In this document: piece by piece, positions 24,133 through 36,842 of the stretch | Position numbering within the stretch: the first letter of the stretch is position 1 | How the letters are laid out: each line of letters opens with the position of its first letter | Assembly: GCA_910592345.1 (NCBI GenBank) | Contig: CAJVPI010000283.1 | Location: 1 to 36,842, forward strand | Source: Paraglomus brasilianum | Taxonomy: Eukaryota | Reading direction: 5' to 3' | DNA length: 36,842 bases | The notes under the pieces: model-generated | Told to the model about the DNA's origin: nothing | Seen by the model: only the letters and a program-made list of their open reading frames with translations | Database searches by the model: none | Position numbers and translations under genes: made by a program

Positions 24133-25152
24133 TTTTGTCAAGCCTGAAATCCAAATTCTCGGCTTTAATAATTTTTGGCGAATGATCATGGTAACACGAG
24201 TGCCATAAACGGTATAGGGTATGCGCGCGTAAGCGCAAGAAGCAACTTGTAATAGTTATTGCGTAAAAAATAGTCTTGTAACAGTTATCAGAACAACATG
24301 TACGCGGCACAGTCAAAGCTCGCAAACCCTCAAGCGACGTTTTTCGCCCCTTTTCTATCGGTTTTACGAAATATCGACTTTTGCATAAATTTCAAAAACC
24401 GACATAGGGGCGCAGTATCGGTTATTGGGGAAACAATTACATATCCACCACAGAATTTGCTATGTGCCAACAGTAATAATGATATCAATTTAATCTATCT
24501 GTTTGATAGCGCGAAACTTCTACTTTCAATAAATGCAGAACAAACTTTGCTATTGGTATATCAGTATTTGTTTATCGAGCTTCAATTCCTATATATAAAT
24601 CACATAATGTCGGCTTTTCGAGTAAAATTTTATTATGTGTTTTGTAAATTGGAAAAGTTATCAGCTTTGGCGATAATATTTACAATACAATATATAATGG
24701 GTATTAGATATTTATATATGAGTGGTCTTTTCGTTACAAGGTACATCTGTTGAACGTGATCTTCGTCTGTATGATGAAACAGCAATGTTATTAATTCCCT
24801 AATTACAATATATTAACGAAATTAATAGGCCATCAAGAGTAGCGATTAGATTTGAAGTGTAGTAATTCTTATTAATTGTTATATATTTATAGTTATTACG
24901 AATAGTATAAAGGCCGATGGAGGATATATCCATTGCCTAGAGACACAATCCCGCGAACAAGTGTACTACGAAACACGAATCATGAAAGATAATTATAATA
25001 GTCAATGTAATATCATTCGTCTAGCAAAAAGGAAAATATTCTCTAAAGATATAATATAAAGTAATATAATAAAGTTGGCTAAGTCGGTGGCCTCATCACT
25101 AAGCATCTACTGCATAGATTAATCCAAGCTTAATTTGTATGTGCTACTGCTC

Positions 25153-25560
25153 TTACTCCAGTAGTTGTTCGATTAAGACTAACCTGACCAGTTGAGTCAG
25201 GCAAACTATCATGTCATGCAGTGTTTTGCCAACTTTCAATCCATCTCCAAGTCTTTTGGTGCAATTGACATGGATGAACTTCTTTGCTATATGACCTTTT
25301 AGCCAGTAAATTGAGGCAGTCTTTTCTTGTGGAATAGTGGACAGCACAGCCAAAATTGATCAATCAGTATTTGCTATTGATGTCTACAATGTTGAGTGGG
25401 CAGAACTTTAATTTGTATAATAGTAAAGTTTCTTTGGGGAAAAATTGGGTATTGTGGAGTAGTTGGCATTAATTGAGCAATGGTTGTGTATTGAGCTAAT
25501 CTCTTTGGGTGTCATTCCAGCTACAGTACATTCTTCCAATAGATTGTGATATAAGAAAGC
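25153..25560 (-). pseudogene. Possible degenerate protein-kinase-like fragment
   Basis: LID(+4 nt)FGCAV resembles the DFG motif, followed by TASIYWLKG. The segment is CpG-poor, has no intact frame and the similarity is weak. Confidence 0.25.
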
Positions 25561-26361
25561 TAAATAACAATCCATGTTATAAACTTACTATCAACTTTGT
25601 TCGAAATTGTGACAAAAAAAACCAACAAAAAATCACCTGCGTACACAAGTTCCGTCACGAAACGTCCTTGAATTCACTGTCTCAGTAGTTTGATAAATAG
25701 ATGTCAATAGACAAGACGACGAGAGTGTTATGGCAATAGAAAAGGTCTTCCATCCTCGAGTCATCATAACCATTATCTAGAAACAGATTCGCCGGAGATG
25801 GTGGTTATATGGGTTCGATGTGAGAGGATGATGGAGTTGCAAAGAAAAAACGTAGAAGTGTTACTTTTTAAAGCAGAAATTTAAATCTATCCACACGTTT
25901 GGAGGTGGACATGGATTGGGAATGGGGTGTATCCGTTGTGAAAGCGTCGGCTTTTGAAACCACACGTCAAGGTCAGGTCAAAGTTGGGCGCCTTGAACGA
26001 TGTTGTAACATGAATGTTCTAAAAGATTTTTGTTTCTTGTAATCTTCTTACTCTTGGAAGGCCTTCAACTCTGCCTCCGCCTTGCCGACAAGTCTTCTGC
26101 TTGTCTCATATTGTTCAAGTTCGACGTGAGTCGCCCGTGTTGTGTGCTTTTTTGTAAGTGGAGATGTTTAAGACCTTTCACGCTATTGTTGTGCGTAAAA
26201 AAAGAATAGCAATAGTGATTATGATAGTAAATTAAATTTAACCTAATTTATAATTTCCGTGACATTAGTCACCTGATTACGATTAAAGATCTCTCTTGTA
26301 AATTCTCCGATTGGACGAAAATATCAAAGAAAAGTTCTACGCCTCAGTGACACATTTTTTG

Positions 26362-28250
26362 ATGGCTTTCGTAAGATCACTATTGCAACAGACCAAGCAA
26401 ACACAAATATCTTTACGAACTGCATTAACTGTATCAAGTGGGAATAATATAAACCATTGTCATTTAATACTGAGAAGGAGAGTAATAGGAGGAGGAAAAA
26501 ATATTGAATGGGTTTCGGGGAGGGGCTTGAGGCTTTATTCGACCGAAAAGAGTGAAGAGACCGGCAGGCTCGAAGATAATGTTGGTAGTGTCAATAAAAA
26601 TGATGAGATAATTAATGGGAATACAATAAAGGGGGAGATGCTCGAGAAAGCGGAGGCGCATACAACAGCGCCTAATGATGCATTCAACAACTCTAAAGAA
26701 TCAGCGGCTGATTTACAACAGGCTTCGTTAAATAAACGGGAATCTTCTGATCCCAAATCCGAATCACAAACACCTTTGGAAGAACCCTCCACGTCGTCAT
26801 CATCTTCTTCCTCTTCCGACTTTTTTCAGCCGAACCCATCTCCTAGACCCAAATCGAGAAAAGTCTATCAACTACCTCGTCAGAACTTTGTCCATCCCTT
26901 TCCAATAGCCCTAATACTTCTCTCCACTGGGTTAACGGCACTGGGCATATATCAATTCTATACTTCGAACGTGAATAAATATCCTGAAAATGTTCGCGCT
27001 CATTTACGCAAAGCTTTATTCTACCAACATTACGGTGACGACTTGACCACTGCTGTCAAATATTACAAACTGGCATTGACTGAAGCATTAAACGACTCTT
27101 CATTGCCAAACAATTCTCCTGAAGTCACAGGCATTATGATTCAACTAGGCAGCGTCTACGAAGATCTTGATAAAACAAGAGATGCGATCGATGTGTATTC
27201 GATGGCATACGACGCTATAGTAACACGAAACAATGGCAATGTTCTGGCAAAGTTGGAAGGAGATAATCGATTGCGTTCTATAGGATTAGCGCAGAGGTTG
27301 GGCGATTTGCATCATAATTTGAAGCAGGACGATCAGGCAGAGAAGTATTATGTATGGTCTGTAGAACAACTACTGGGAGCGACCATCATGGAACGGCAAG
27401 CAAGAGGAGAGGATGCGGGGAAGGGAGGATGGTTTTTTGGAAAGAAATTAGATATTGATCCATTACCTAGCTGGTTGATAGCTACGGATTTGGGTGCGTC
27501 TTTGGAGGCCTTGGCTGCTTTTTATTCGTCGAGGCATAAGTATGCGTAAGTCATTCTTAAAATAGATCAAGTTTGTGATCGCATGCGGAGTTACTTGCTG
27601 AATCAATGATATGCGCATTGATTCAATCGGTCTGTCTGTTGTGGCGGTGGGAAGGTTTCTAAATAGGTCTGATAGATTAAGTAATATTAACTAATGTTTT
27701 CTCCTTTGTTCTTTCCGCTCGTATTGTGATAATAGATATGCGTTACCGCTATATCTTCGTGCGCTATCTCTGCTCAACCCGCCTGAGACATCATGTCACT
27801 CTGTAGTTCTCATGAATAACATATCAGAAGTATTTACGGGTATGGGAAATTATCAAGAGGCAAGAGGATGGGCGGAGAGGGGGTTAAAGCTTGTTGAAAA
27901 GTTTCAGCGTAAGCGCAAGAGTAACCAAGAATGCGAAGAAAGTTATGGCGTACTATTATTTAATTTGGGGATGATCTCTGAGGTAAGAGTCTGCGAATCT
28001 GTGTCGGCCAAAACGACCGATAGAGCACGCAATTATGACAATGGAAAATATGGTCGGATAATGTAAAAACTAATTTAAAATATATTTCGTTTATTTTTAG
28101 ATCACAGGTAATTTGACCTCTGCTGAGAATTTCTATGAGAGGTCAAGAACACATGCAAAGAAAATTGGCTTTACAGATTGTGTCTCTGAAGCTGATAATG
28201 CATTACAAAGAATTATGACTAATAATAAGGAGGAACTTAGATCTGTTTGA
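26362..28250 (+). CDS. MGR3: Mitochondrial TPR protein, Mgr3-like i-AAA protease adaptor; exons 26362-27545, 27736-27982, 28101-28250
   Basis: Presequence-like start MAFVRSLLQQ, a single TM (PIALILLSTGLTALGIYQFY), YPENVRAHLRKAL, TPR repeats, ALPLYLRAL, CHSVVLMNNI. GT-AG introns preserve frame to TGA at 28250. Confidence 0.8.
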
Positions 28251-28434
28251 ATCAGTGGGGAATGATAGAGTCTTATTTAATTAGAAATCGATTTAAATAG
28301 AGGCGTGAATGGGGCGCAGTAATTATCACTGTCACGTGCAAATGTTATTTCCAACATTCTGATTTGAAACACCACAAATAATTTGAAAATAAAGCTGTTA
28401 AAAACGCTGTGAATAGTCTAGCACTCCCTTCAAT

Positions 28435-29324
28435 ATGGTATCGGAATACCGAATTACCACCTCTCAATCTCTAGTTCATAGCAGTGGAATGGGACAGGTG
28501 AACGACACTGCCGACAATAATAAATTTTGTTACTGCGGAGTTGCAGCAAGTCTACGAAGAGTCACTGCTGATACATGTAATAAGGGACGTTTATTTTGGG
28601 GCTGTCATAAGATTGGAACAGATTTTGACAATAGATGTAAATTCTTCGAATGGGCTAAAGAGAACATTATAGAAGAGTCACCCATTTCTCCTCCTAAAGC
28701 GCCTAAATCTCTTGAAGGACGTAAGAGAGCAGTAGACGAGGATGAAGCGGAAGAAGGGGGAGCAAGAGAGTGGGGGGAAGAGGTACTAATAATTATACCA
28801 CTTTGCTCCTACTCTACTCTAAAGCAGCTAACAATGAATTATTAAACTTTTCCAAGGCTTGCGTTGCTGCTGAAACACTCAGCCCTCTACCGAAAAGTCG
28901 TAGAATCACCGCTCCCACCGAACTAGTCGATCTTACAACTCCACCCCGTACACCTCAAATCACGTCTTCTTCAGACCAACGTACTACGCTCTCTCTTACC
29001 TATCATTCCCAGACGTCATTCAACCCTCCCGTAGCATCGACCTCATCAGTCCCAACCGATCTTCTAGCTCAACTACAAGAGGCTCTCCGTCAACGAGAAT
29101 TACTTGCTGCTCGATATCGCAAGGAGCGTGACGAAGCGCGCGAACGGCTGCAGGAATTAAAGTTGAGATCCGAACAGTCGATGAGAGAATCCGAGTTAGT
29201 GCAACGAGAGAACGGCATCTTACGGAGAGAGCTTGACGTACGGCAGAGAGAGAATTCGCTTTTGGAGAGACGATTGTCGGTGATTCGCACAGATAAGAGA
29301 TCGAACCAAAGGACGAGAATATGA
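28435..29324 (+). CDS. GRF-type zinc-finger protein with C-terminal coiled coil; exons 28435-28782, 28857-29324
   Basis: CYCGVAA...NKGRLFWGC...CKFFEW is a zf-GRF. Intron GTACTA...GCTAAC...AAG joins the two ORFs in frame. R/E/L-rich coiled-coil tail. Confidence 0.85.
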
Positions 29325-29674
29325 TTTTTAACTAATGTCACGTAATAAGATAATGAAGGTAGTTATCGGATTGATGTAAATATTGCGTATTTCCCTAACT
29401 GTGTATGGGATCGCAATTGTAAATTCTTGCTCCAATTAATAAACCCGCTGAACAAGTATAAGCAATCTTTGATTCAGACATTCTATTAACCATCGATTAC
29501 GAAATTAATGTGAGACACTACAGCGATTTAAACGATTCATCTCTATCGACACAAACAATATGTCTACTCTATTGATTATAGCATAATTAGATCTATGAAA
29601 TCAAACCCAATCAAGTCTATTGTAATTTTCTTTTCCCAACCTTCGTCTACAAGTCGCGTTTAGAAAACTACAAC

Positions 29675-30316
29675 TCAAAAGTACATATAATAATATGCAT
29701 ACACCGATAAAAGACTAAGGACAGCGGGAGGTAATCGTAATTGAGCGACGAAATAAGTCCATAGTGTGGACAATGGAGGACATCGTCGCATTACTCCGAG
29801 GTAAGGAGCCTTTTGAAGTAGATAAACGACGTAGCAACCACAAAAAATCGATCCTAGAAACATTCCAAATTGTACTAATGGACGGTGTGAATATTTGTTG
29901 GTAAAATAGACAAAAACCCAGAGAACTGGATGTAAGGTAAAGAAGGAGAAAAGATCTTAATTAGACACTACGAAAGTAACATGCTGAATAGGTACTTTCA
30001 ATACTTCACACTTACTAGGAGACATTTTTGCAACTCTAATAAAGAATGGCATAAACTCAACATCTTGGTTATACTGCCTGTGCACCATAATGTCCATAAC
30101 GCAATAAACTGAACAGAGTGGAATGGTGTACAGAAATGCCAAAAACGTCCAGCCATAATACTCGTCTTCGACGCCTGTTTGTTCAAGTTCGACTTTTTCA
30201 AAGTTTTTCAGTAATCCAGTTTCTTTGATCAGTCTGATCTTCTCTTCTTCTGGAATGTCGTCTACTGGATCTTCCTTCTTTGCGTTTTTACGTGCTCGGG
30301 AAGCTGATTCAGCCAT
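29675..30316 (-). CDS. Conserved fungal multi-pass membrane protein (DUF7719-like); exons 30316-30016, 29925-29675
   Basis: DIPEEEKIRLIKETGLL, DIMVHRQY and VMRRCPPLSTLWTYFV motifs with hydrophobic helices. A GTAAGT...CAG intron restores the frame (183 aa). Family name is from memory. Confidence 0.78.
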
Positions 30317-32360
30317 GGTTGTAGAGTATGCGGAAGAGAACAGGTATGACGGAATTTGATCGAATATCAGGAAATGACGTCACTGAAGAGGAAGGCATTA
30401 TTAAAATAAATTAATCGAGGTGCCATATAATTAATGCTAAAAAGAAAGTATTCGCTTTAATAATAAATTCTGATGTAAATAATTAGGCTGAAATAAATTG
30501 TATTATTGCTAAACCTTTGTGAATAAATAGAAGACGAGTGATTATGATGTCATGTTCAGCAGTTTAAACTTTCTGCGCGGTATTGGTGTACACAACTATT
30601 GAGATTCTAAACACGTTCACAGCATGACAGTATTCGTTGTGCCACACAAAATAATATTGCAGACATCATTTAGAATATTTAGTAAGTAGTATAAGACTAG
30701 CACTAATGAACATATGGGGAGTCGATCTGAGAAAGACGTATCCCAATTGCTCACATGTTACGTCTTCTTCTCTGCTTGCTAACTTGGGCACGACAGTGAC
30801 TTACGAGTTTGAAGTCCAACGAAGATATGCAAATATGCATTTCAGTATAAGACGGCGGGTAGGTTTACAGAGATCCCTACGTTTCAATTTTATTCATCAC
30901 TCATTGCATTAATGTACTAGAGTCAGCAACCGATGTATCTGAGACGAAGCCGGACCAAAGCATTGAGTGCAGTTATCCTCCATAACTATCTTTTCTATAA
31001 GTACGCTCTTACGCCAATTTGGAAATCGTGGAAATAGAAAATGCCTCCATAGTCACGGCCTCTTTATCATTAAATGACTAGAGTGACATTCTTATTACAA
31101 GTAGAATGAGTACCTTTCTCTAGATTACCAACCAACGCGGATAGGAATTACTCAACGTGCCCACAATATGGGATCAAACCAAAGAGTAGATATGACGTGC
31201 ATGTTATGAGAATGCTAGTATTAATGGACAATTGAGGCTAGCGAATCGTTTGCCACCATTGAGCACGCACCAATGAAGGGATGACTGCATCCACGTTCAC
31301 ACAATTTTGATTGTCTGTTGGGAAAACAATGACTTTTCTAAGCATGTACTAGAACCGACTACCTTTTTCTTTCCATTATCATTTTTCGGTTAAATTAACT
31401 GTACAACATTTGGTAGCCTAGCTATTTTGGGTTTGTATTTAATCCCTGATTCTTTCGTTGAAGTGTATATTTACTAAGGGTACTGATTAATGCAGTATGA
31501 TCTAAAATCTCTGCTTATCGTTAATTAATGAATTCAACAATCATAATAATAAGGGCTAAATTAACTCTTCTTTTTAATTGATGAATTATTTATTAGCCCA
31601 TTACCGTTCCCTCAGCCCATATTTATTTAATGCACTTGAATTTATTCTTGTTCTAACTGGCCCCTTAAAATCCAGCAAAGACGTCAATATGCGAGAATAC
31701 TCATTACTATTACCCCTTACGAGCTTGTATTTAAAGTAGAAGTTCTTTTTATTTCTGTTACTGGTTTCAAGATTCGAATAATAGTGTGGCGTTTGGCATT
31801 TCGCCAATTCATCCGATCATGCTATAATTAATTACACGTGATTGGCTGGATTTGGTCCATCAGCTGTTAGTATTAATCATCGGAAATTTGCCAATTTGAT
31901 AAACCTGGAAGAATGTATAATGTAATAATAACAATAGATCTTATTAAAACGTGATTTTCTGCCAATCAGATGATTTAAAAGCCTGACCCCGGATGACTCA
32001 TATACAAAAAAAATTGCCTCAGTGCCATTTTATTTATGCTATTGTTTCTCGTTTCCATTGCAGCGCTGAACTTTCGCCGAAAAACTGAATTCGCTTTTCA
32101 GTGTCTCCTCCTTAATACATAAAATCATTTTAGGTGAAAAGGTAATATGACAGTAGAGCTAGTGTACATATGTTATTTATTCAATATAGACCATGTATAG
32201 CATTAATCCACTTCCCCAAAACACCACTACCCTTATTTATTATTAAATACTTGACCATGCTTTCCTCTTCTCAATAGTGTTGACATTCATCGCATTAAGA
32301 GGTAAAATCAAGTATAACCCATACAGTCATATTTGCAGCAGAGTGTTCTTACAATAAAGC

Positions 32361-34163
32361 ATGATAGAAGCAGCTCCGAATTCCTGCACTCAGCTAGAAG
32401 CCGAAGGCGAGTCATTCAAGAGATCAATCGACAAATTCATCCTAAAATCAGAACGACGGAAACAACACAGACAGCCTAGTCAACTGCTACATACTAATAA
32501 CAATCATTCAAACGACAATCAATTATTGTCTACTTCAGATATGGAGAATTTGATAGCAGCTTCAGTCAAATCGACTCCCACTATTCCTTCCGATTCTACA
32601 AAGACGTCAGACAATCCATCCATGTATGCGTACGAAAAAATGCTGTTCAATACGGACATTATACGTAGACAAGCGCACAGCAACATCTACAATAACACTA
32701 ATATGCTGCCCGCTCAACGACCCTCACTGCCCCCGCATTCATACAGCGAGCCCAACTGCCAGTTGAGATACTCCGACTCTGATGCTATCAATAAAGAAAA
32801 CTTTTGTTCACCATCAAATCATCTGTTTACTCACTCACTTCCCAATCCATCTGTTGCCGTCGAATCATCCACTCCTGGTATGCAACAACAGGCTAGCACG
32901 CCGATAGAGCATTCTGATCGTCCTCAACAGCGACAATTGTCAAACCTCGCCCGATTGAAAACTAATTTCTCATCAGAACAATCGCAGACGGTCCAACTGC
33001 AAAAACCACAGCACCAAAAAGTGGCATCTGACGAAGATGCATTAGCCACATTACCCAGTCCAGCTACTTCACTAGTAGATTTTCCGACCACTCACCATGT
33101 TCGACATATGCGTAAGCAGACATCAACTGAAAATAGCGTACACTATCCGCATCATCTGGCTTCTTCTCTACGCGCGCATTCGTCGCCATTAAGCGAGCAA
33201 CTTTTTAGCAATAGTAGCAACCAATACAATCATGTCAACAACGATTTGACACACACTGCCGTTGCTAATCGATTGGCTCGTTATAAATTGCCGAGTAATA
33301 CTGAGTTGATCGGGCGCTTTGCCATAACCAAAGGCAATATTGGAGAAGGATCGTTCTCGCAAGTAAAGTTGGCGCTCGATCTGACAAATGGAGAAGAAGT
33401 AGCTATAAAGATGACAGCTACGAAGGGGATGGAAGACAATGACCCCCTAAGAGTGTGCGTGCAACGCGAAATAGAGATTCTGAGATCCATCGATAATGCA
33501 ACTATAGTCAAACTGATTGACACAATCGACACCCCGACTCACGTCTGCTTGATTATGGAGTATGTTCCAGGTGGAGAGTTATTCGATTATGTGGCCAATT
33601 ACTATGAACAGACGGATGAAAATGACGCTCGCCGTATATTCGTTCAGCTGTTAAACGCCGTCTCCTACCTTCACAACAATAACATTGTCCATCGAGACCT
33701 AAAGTTGGAAAACATTCTTCTCGATCGTAAGACACCATCTCCTGATGGACCGAAAATAAAACTTACCGACTTTGGACTGGCCCGGTTCATAGACCTGGAA
33801 AATCCGCATCTGACTACTAGATGTGGATCGGAAGAATATGCAGCGCCAGAGATTGTTATGGCAAAACCATACGACGGGAGACAGACGGATATGTGGGCAT
33901 TGGGTATTGTGTTGTATGCTTTACTGGTTGGTTATCTGCCATTTAACCTGCAACGGGGGCAGACGAGAGGGCAGTTCTTTGGGAAGATAGCGCGTGCCGA
34001 CTACAAATTTCCGTCCGAGAAAGAGGCAGGAAGAAGAGGAAATATTAGTCGAGATGCAAAAGATGTAGTGAATAGGTTATTGCAACCTAATCCGCAGAGG
34101 AGAGCAACGTTGGAAAATATTAGCCGGCATGCCTGGTTAGAAGGATACGTTGATTTAGAATGA
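32361..34163 (+). CDS. Ser/Thr protein kinase, CAMK group (Prr1/NIM1-like) with long disordered N-terminus
   Basis: 600-aa ORF with GEGSFSQV, VAIK, HRDLKLEN, DFGLARF, CGSEEYAAPE and DMWALG motifs. Confidence 0.95.
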   Translation: MIEAAPNSCTQLEAEGESFKRSIDKFILKSERRKQHRQPSQLLHTNNNHSNDNQLLSTSDMENLIAASVKSTPTIPSDSTKTSDNPSMYAYEKMLFNTDIIRRQAHSNIYNNTNMLPAQRPSLPPHSYSEPNCQLRYSDSDAINKENFCSPSNHLFTHSLPNPSVAVESSTPGMQQQASTPIEHSDRPQQRQLSNLARLKTNFSSEQSQTVQLQKPQHQKVASDEDALATLPSPATSLVDFPTTHHVRHMRKQTSTENSVHYPHHLASSLRAHSSPLSEQLFSNSSNQYNHVNNDLTHTAVANRLARYKLPSNTELIGRFAITKGNIGEGSFSQVKLALDLTNGEEVAIKMTATKGMEDNDPLRVCVQREIEILRSIDNATIVKLIDTIDTPTHVCLIMEYVPGGELFDYVANYYEQTDENDARRIFVQLLNAVSYLHNNNIVHRDLKLENILLDRKTPSPDGPKIKLTDFGLARFIDLENPHLTTRCGSEEYAAPEIVMAKPYDGRQTDMWALGIVLYALLVGYLPFNLQRGQTRGQFFGKIARADYKFPSEKEAGRRGNISRDAKDVVNRLLQPNPQRRATLENISRHAWLEGYVDLE

Positions 34164-34878
34164 GTATCGACGTGAGCAGGGTAGAGGAAGTTACATTTCT
34201 TCGCGAATTATCGTGTGTATATTTGTGCCGTTTTTTAACGGCGGCAGCATTTATTTTTTTTCTTCTCATCTGCCAGTCAAGCTCAAACTCTACTTTCATT
34301 CTGTCATAAACGGCAGTTTGTATATGTATTATAGCGAGTTAGCAATCTATCACTGGACATTCTCTCATAGACTATATTCATTTTAGTTGACTAGTTTGAT
34401 CATATTCACTTACATCGTGACATTGGTGAACCTTTCTTGAAACAAAAAAAGGGGGAGGGAGTCGGCGCTTCGGGTAATAGAATTTATTCATTCTTTGTAT
34501 TTAGATATTATGTTAGTCTTTCTTAGAAAGTTATTATTCAGTCTATGCTTCTTGTCATATATTGGACATATTAACTGGGGGACAACATACTGTGAATTCG
34601 TTATACTATCTTCCAAGATATCTGGTGAGAAACGCAAATGATAAACAGCGCAGTCAATACTTTGTCACATTTAAAACGATGTCCTGTCATTTTAATTTTA
34701 TAATGTCTTTGTCTTACCAAATCACGTGTATGTGATCCAAATTTCGTAATCACAAAGGTTAGAAGACGCAAAATGTCTATTTGCCTCTTTCACCTTTCAC
34801 TCCTCTTACCGTATTATACCTTGCCCAACTCATCGCTTGGTTTCACACCAAATAAACATAACCTAAATTCTATCCAAA

Positions 34879-35559
34879 ATGCTCATTAAAGTAAAAGTGA
34901 GTAGTATGCAAAGCGTCTAAACATAAAGTCTTTTTAAACTATTGTGCTTAACGCTTGCTTCTTTTTACTGTGCATTTTCTACAGACGCTCACAGGCAAGG
35001 AAGTAAGTTCGTCGGGAATGGTTTAGTCGTTTTGTTCCGTAAAGGTTAAATTTGTCGCAATACTCATGAAACCAACTACATATTACTCAGATTGAGATCG
35101 ATATTGAGCCGAATGATAAGGTTAGTTCTCGTCGTTGAGCTTGCTGTGCGCATGTAGAACATAATCCATCCTACTCACATGGAATTCACGTGTTGTTGCA
35201 GATTACACGAATTAAAGAGCGAGTGGAAGAGAAAGAAGGCATTCCTCCTGCTCAACAACGACTCATCTTCGGTGGTAAACAAATGTGAGTATAGATTCGA
35301 TAAGAGTTTCGTAGAGTTGTACATGTCCCTTGGTTTCAACAGAGAACTTTAGACTGTTGGGAATAATTCAGATCAATTCTATAAATCAGTCTTGACGGAA
35401 TGTTTTCTTCAGTTGTATACATTCTTGTAAAATTCTAAATCACTAATGTCCCGTATAAATACACACAGGGTTGATGAAAAGACTGCAACCGACTACTGTA
35501 TAGAAGGTGGCTCTGTTCTACACTTGGTATTAGCCCTCCGCGGAGGTAATACGTCATAA
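34879..35559 (+). CDS. NEDD8: Ubiquitin-like modifier NEDD8/Rub1; exons 34879-34896, 34985-35002, 35091-35120, 35202-35284, 35469-35559
   Basis: Spliced translation [85 protein letters not shown] (Ala72) is diagnostic versus ubiquitin LRLRGG. Missed by the ORF track. Confidence 0.95.
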
Positions 35560-35935
35560 TGTAGACACACTTAATTCTTTCGAATCTGTCCAGCAATACG
35601 GAAAAAGGGTTTTTACGGAATAAAAGCTTAATTTGTCTAACGCGTATCCTCTCTCAGTAAAGTGTTTCACTGTTAGAGCAAGTTTTCCGCCAAAACTGTC
35701 AACAAGCTTATCAAGACCCATTCCCATATACTGGTAGCTATCTAGAAATCGGAGTTGTCCCACGTCCATGGCTATATATTTTCTGGAATAGACATCAACT
35801 TATCCGCTGTGACTGCCAATGGCTTCTATGAGATCGTATTCTCAAAATTATGACAAATGAGTGGATTTTGGTTTAAATGCAGAACTTTTTATTACAAACA
35901 TTATGGGCTGGTCCCTTGTATATGTACCTACCACC
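35554..35935 (-). mobile_element. Polinton/Maverick-type protein-primed DNA polymerase B remnant
   Basis: Minus strand EKYIAMDVGQLRFLDSYQYMGMGLDKLV...LFPYCWTDS resembles pPolB motifs (LRFxDS...SLxxLV; KGxFPYxY). Plus-strand CRTFYYKHYGLVP (~35875-35915) resembles the FR...YxLDP motif. Confidence 0.65.
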
Positions 35936-35939
35936 AATA

Positions 35940-36700
35940 TGACAATGTTCTCGGACTTTTAGTAACCTTTGTCTATCATATAATTTCTTCTACAATGCAT
36001 GCATTTCTCTGTCTTCTTGAAAGTTTCATCATCGACTATATTCGGCTGATGATACCGGACCAATTATTTTTGCATAAATAATGTGATGCTTCTATAAATA
36101 TCAGAACACCAAATAAAATATTATTTAGCAAATGATTCCTGACACTTTCAAAATGAGCTCGACCAATTCCCAGCATATTCAAATAGGTTTTTTTGGCAAA
36201 GAGATGTATTGCGATCTCAGCAGTATAATGTTCTTTTATTAATGCGAGCTTTCTTCTTAAGACGGCGACTAGCACTTATAAATCCACCATCCATGGCTTT
36301 AAGTTGCGCTATCAAAAAGAACTTTGGAAGAACTACCGCAACAGTCCGCATTCAAGAACTCTATCGCTTTTTCGTATTCAGTCATCATAACCATATAATA
36401 CATTTTATGTGCAGTTTGTCTGTTTTGTAAATTTCTTTTACGTAGCATATTAAAATATATAGGATTACTCCTATATATCTCTACTCTTCTGATACTTTTC
36501 TCTTTCCCCTTGATTCTTGAAAGGTTTCTGACGATGCTCGTTTATTACACTTTGCTTCTGATTCTTGCCGACCTCGTTCAGAAGTATCTTTGTGATAAAA
36601 GTCAATTTTAACTAGCATTTAATTAACCTTTTTCATCGTATCGTGTGATTTTTACGATCACCTTTCTGCCGAATTATTGGGTAAATTTCTGTTCGCGCTA
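35940..36700 (-). mobile_element. Degenerate transposase-like fragment (possibly Sola/DUF7869-like)
   Basis: Broken frames LLIAQLKAMDGG... and SLCQK/TYLNMLGIGRAHFESVRNHL resemble the CxxxFxxxLGI segment of repeat-derived proteins. Frameshifted. Confidence 0.35.
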
Positions 36701-36842
36701 ACCTCGAAAACCTAAAGAAGTTATTTTTGTGGTTAATCTTTTCGGCTGAAAGTTCTTATATTAAATGGGGCAGACTGCAACAAAACCAGACAAAGTGAAC
36801 ATTCTATTATGTGACATAAATGAGAGGCTGATTGTGATGTGG

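Noticed and set aside
24298..24753. 151-aa ORF divergent from FIP1
   Set aside because: Composition rich in F/I/L/Y typical of AT-rich non-coding DNA, with no recognisable domain.
26311..26361. TTG-start extension of the MGR3-like ORF
   Set aside because: The eukaryotic start is more plausibly ATG 26362, which exposes a presequence-like N-terminus. ORF-track starts at TTG/GTG are bacterial-style artefacts.

Overview
AT-rich eukaryotic (fungal) genomic DNA with short GT-AG introns. Gene style and repeat families suggest an early-diverging fungus, probably Glomeromycotina/Mucoromycota (inference, not proven). The left ~12 kb is accessory: a frameshifted hypothetical gene, a decayed Mutator-like (MULE-SWIM) transposon bounded by a 21-bp perfect terminal inverted repeat, a LINE 3' fragment (zf-RVT), and a head-to-head inverted pair of three-exon small secreted-protein genes with conserved promoter, signal peptide and intron positions but diverged mature domains. 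The middle and right hold conserved genes: an LCAT-like alpha/beta hydrolase, a LEA-like protein, FIP1, an Mgr3-like TPR protein, a GRF zinc-finger coiled-coil protein, a small membrane protein, a CAMK-group kinase and NEDD8/RUB1. These are interspersed with two minisatellites and pseudogene-like debris. The right end returns to transposon remnants, including a Polinton-type polB fragment abutting the NEDD8 stop codon. No CRISPR array, rRNA or tRNA was recognised. The best candidate for something undescribed is the secreted-protein pair.
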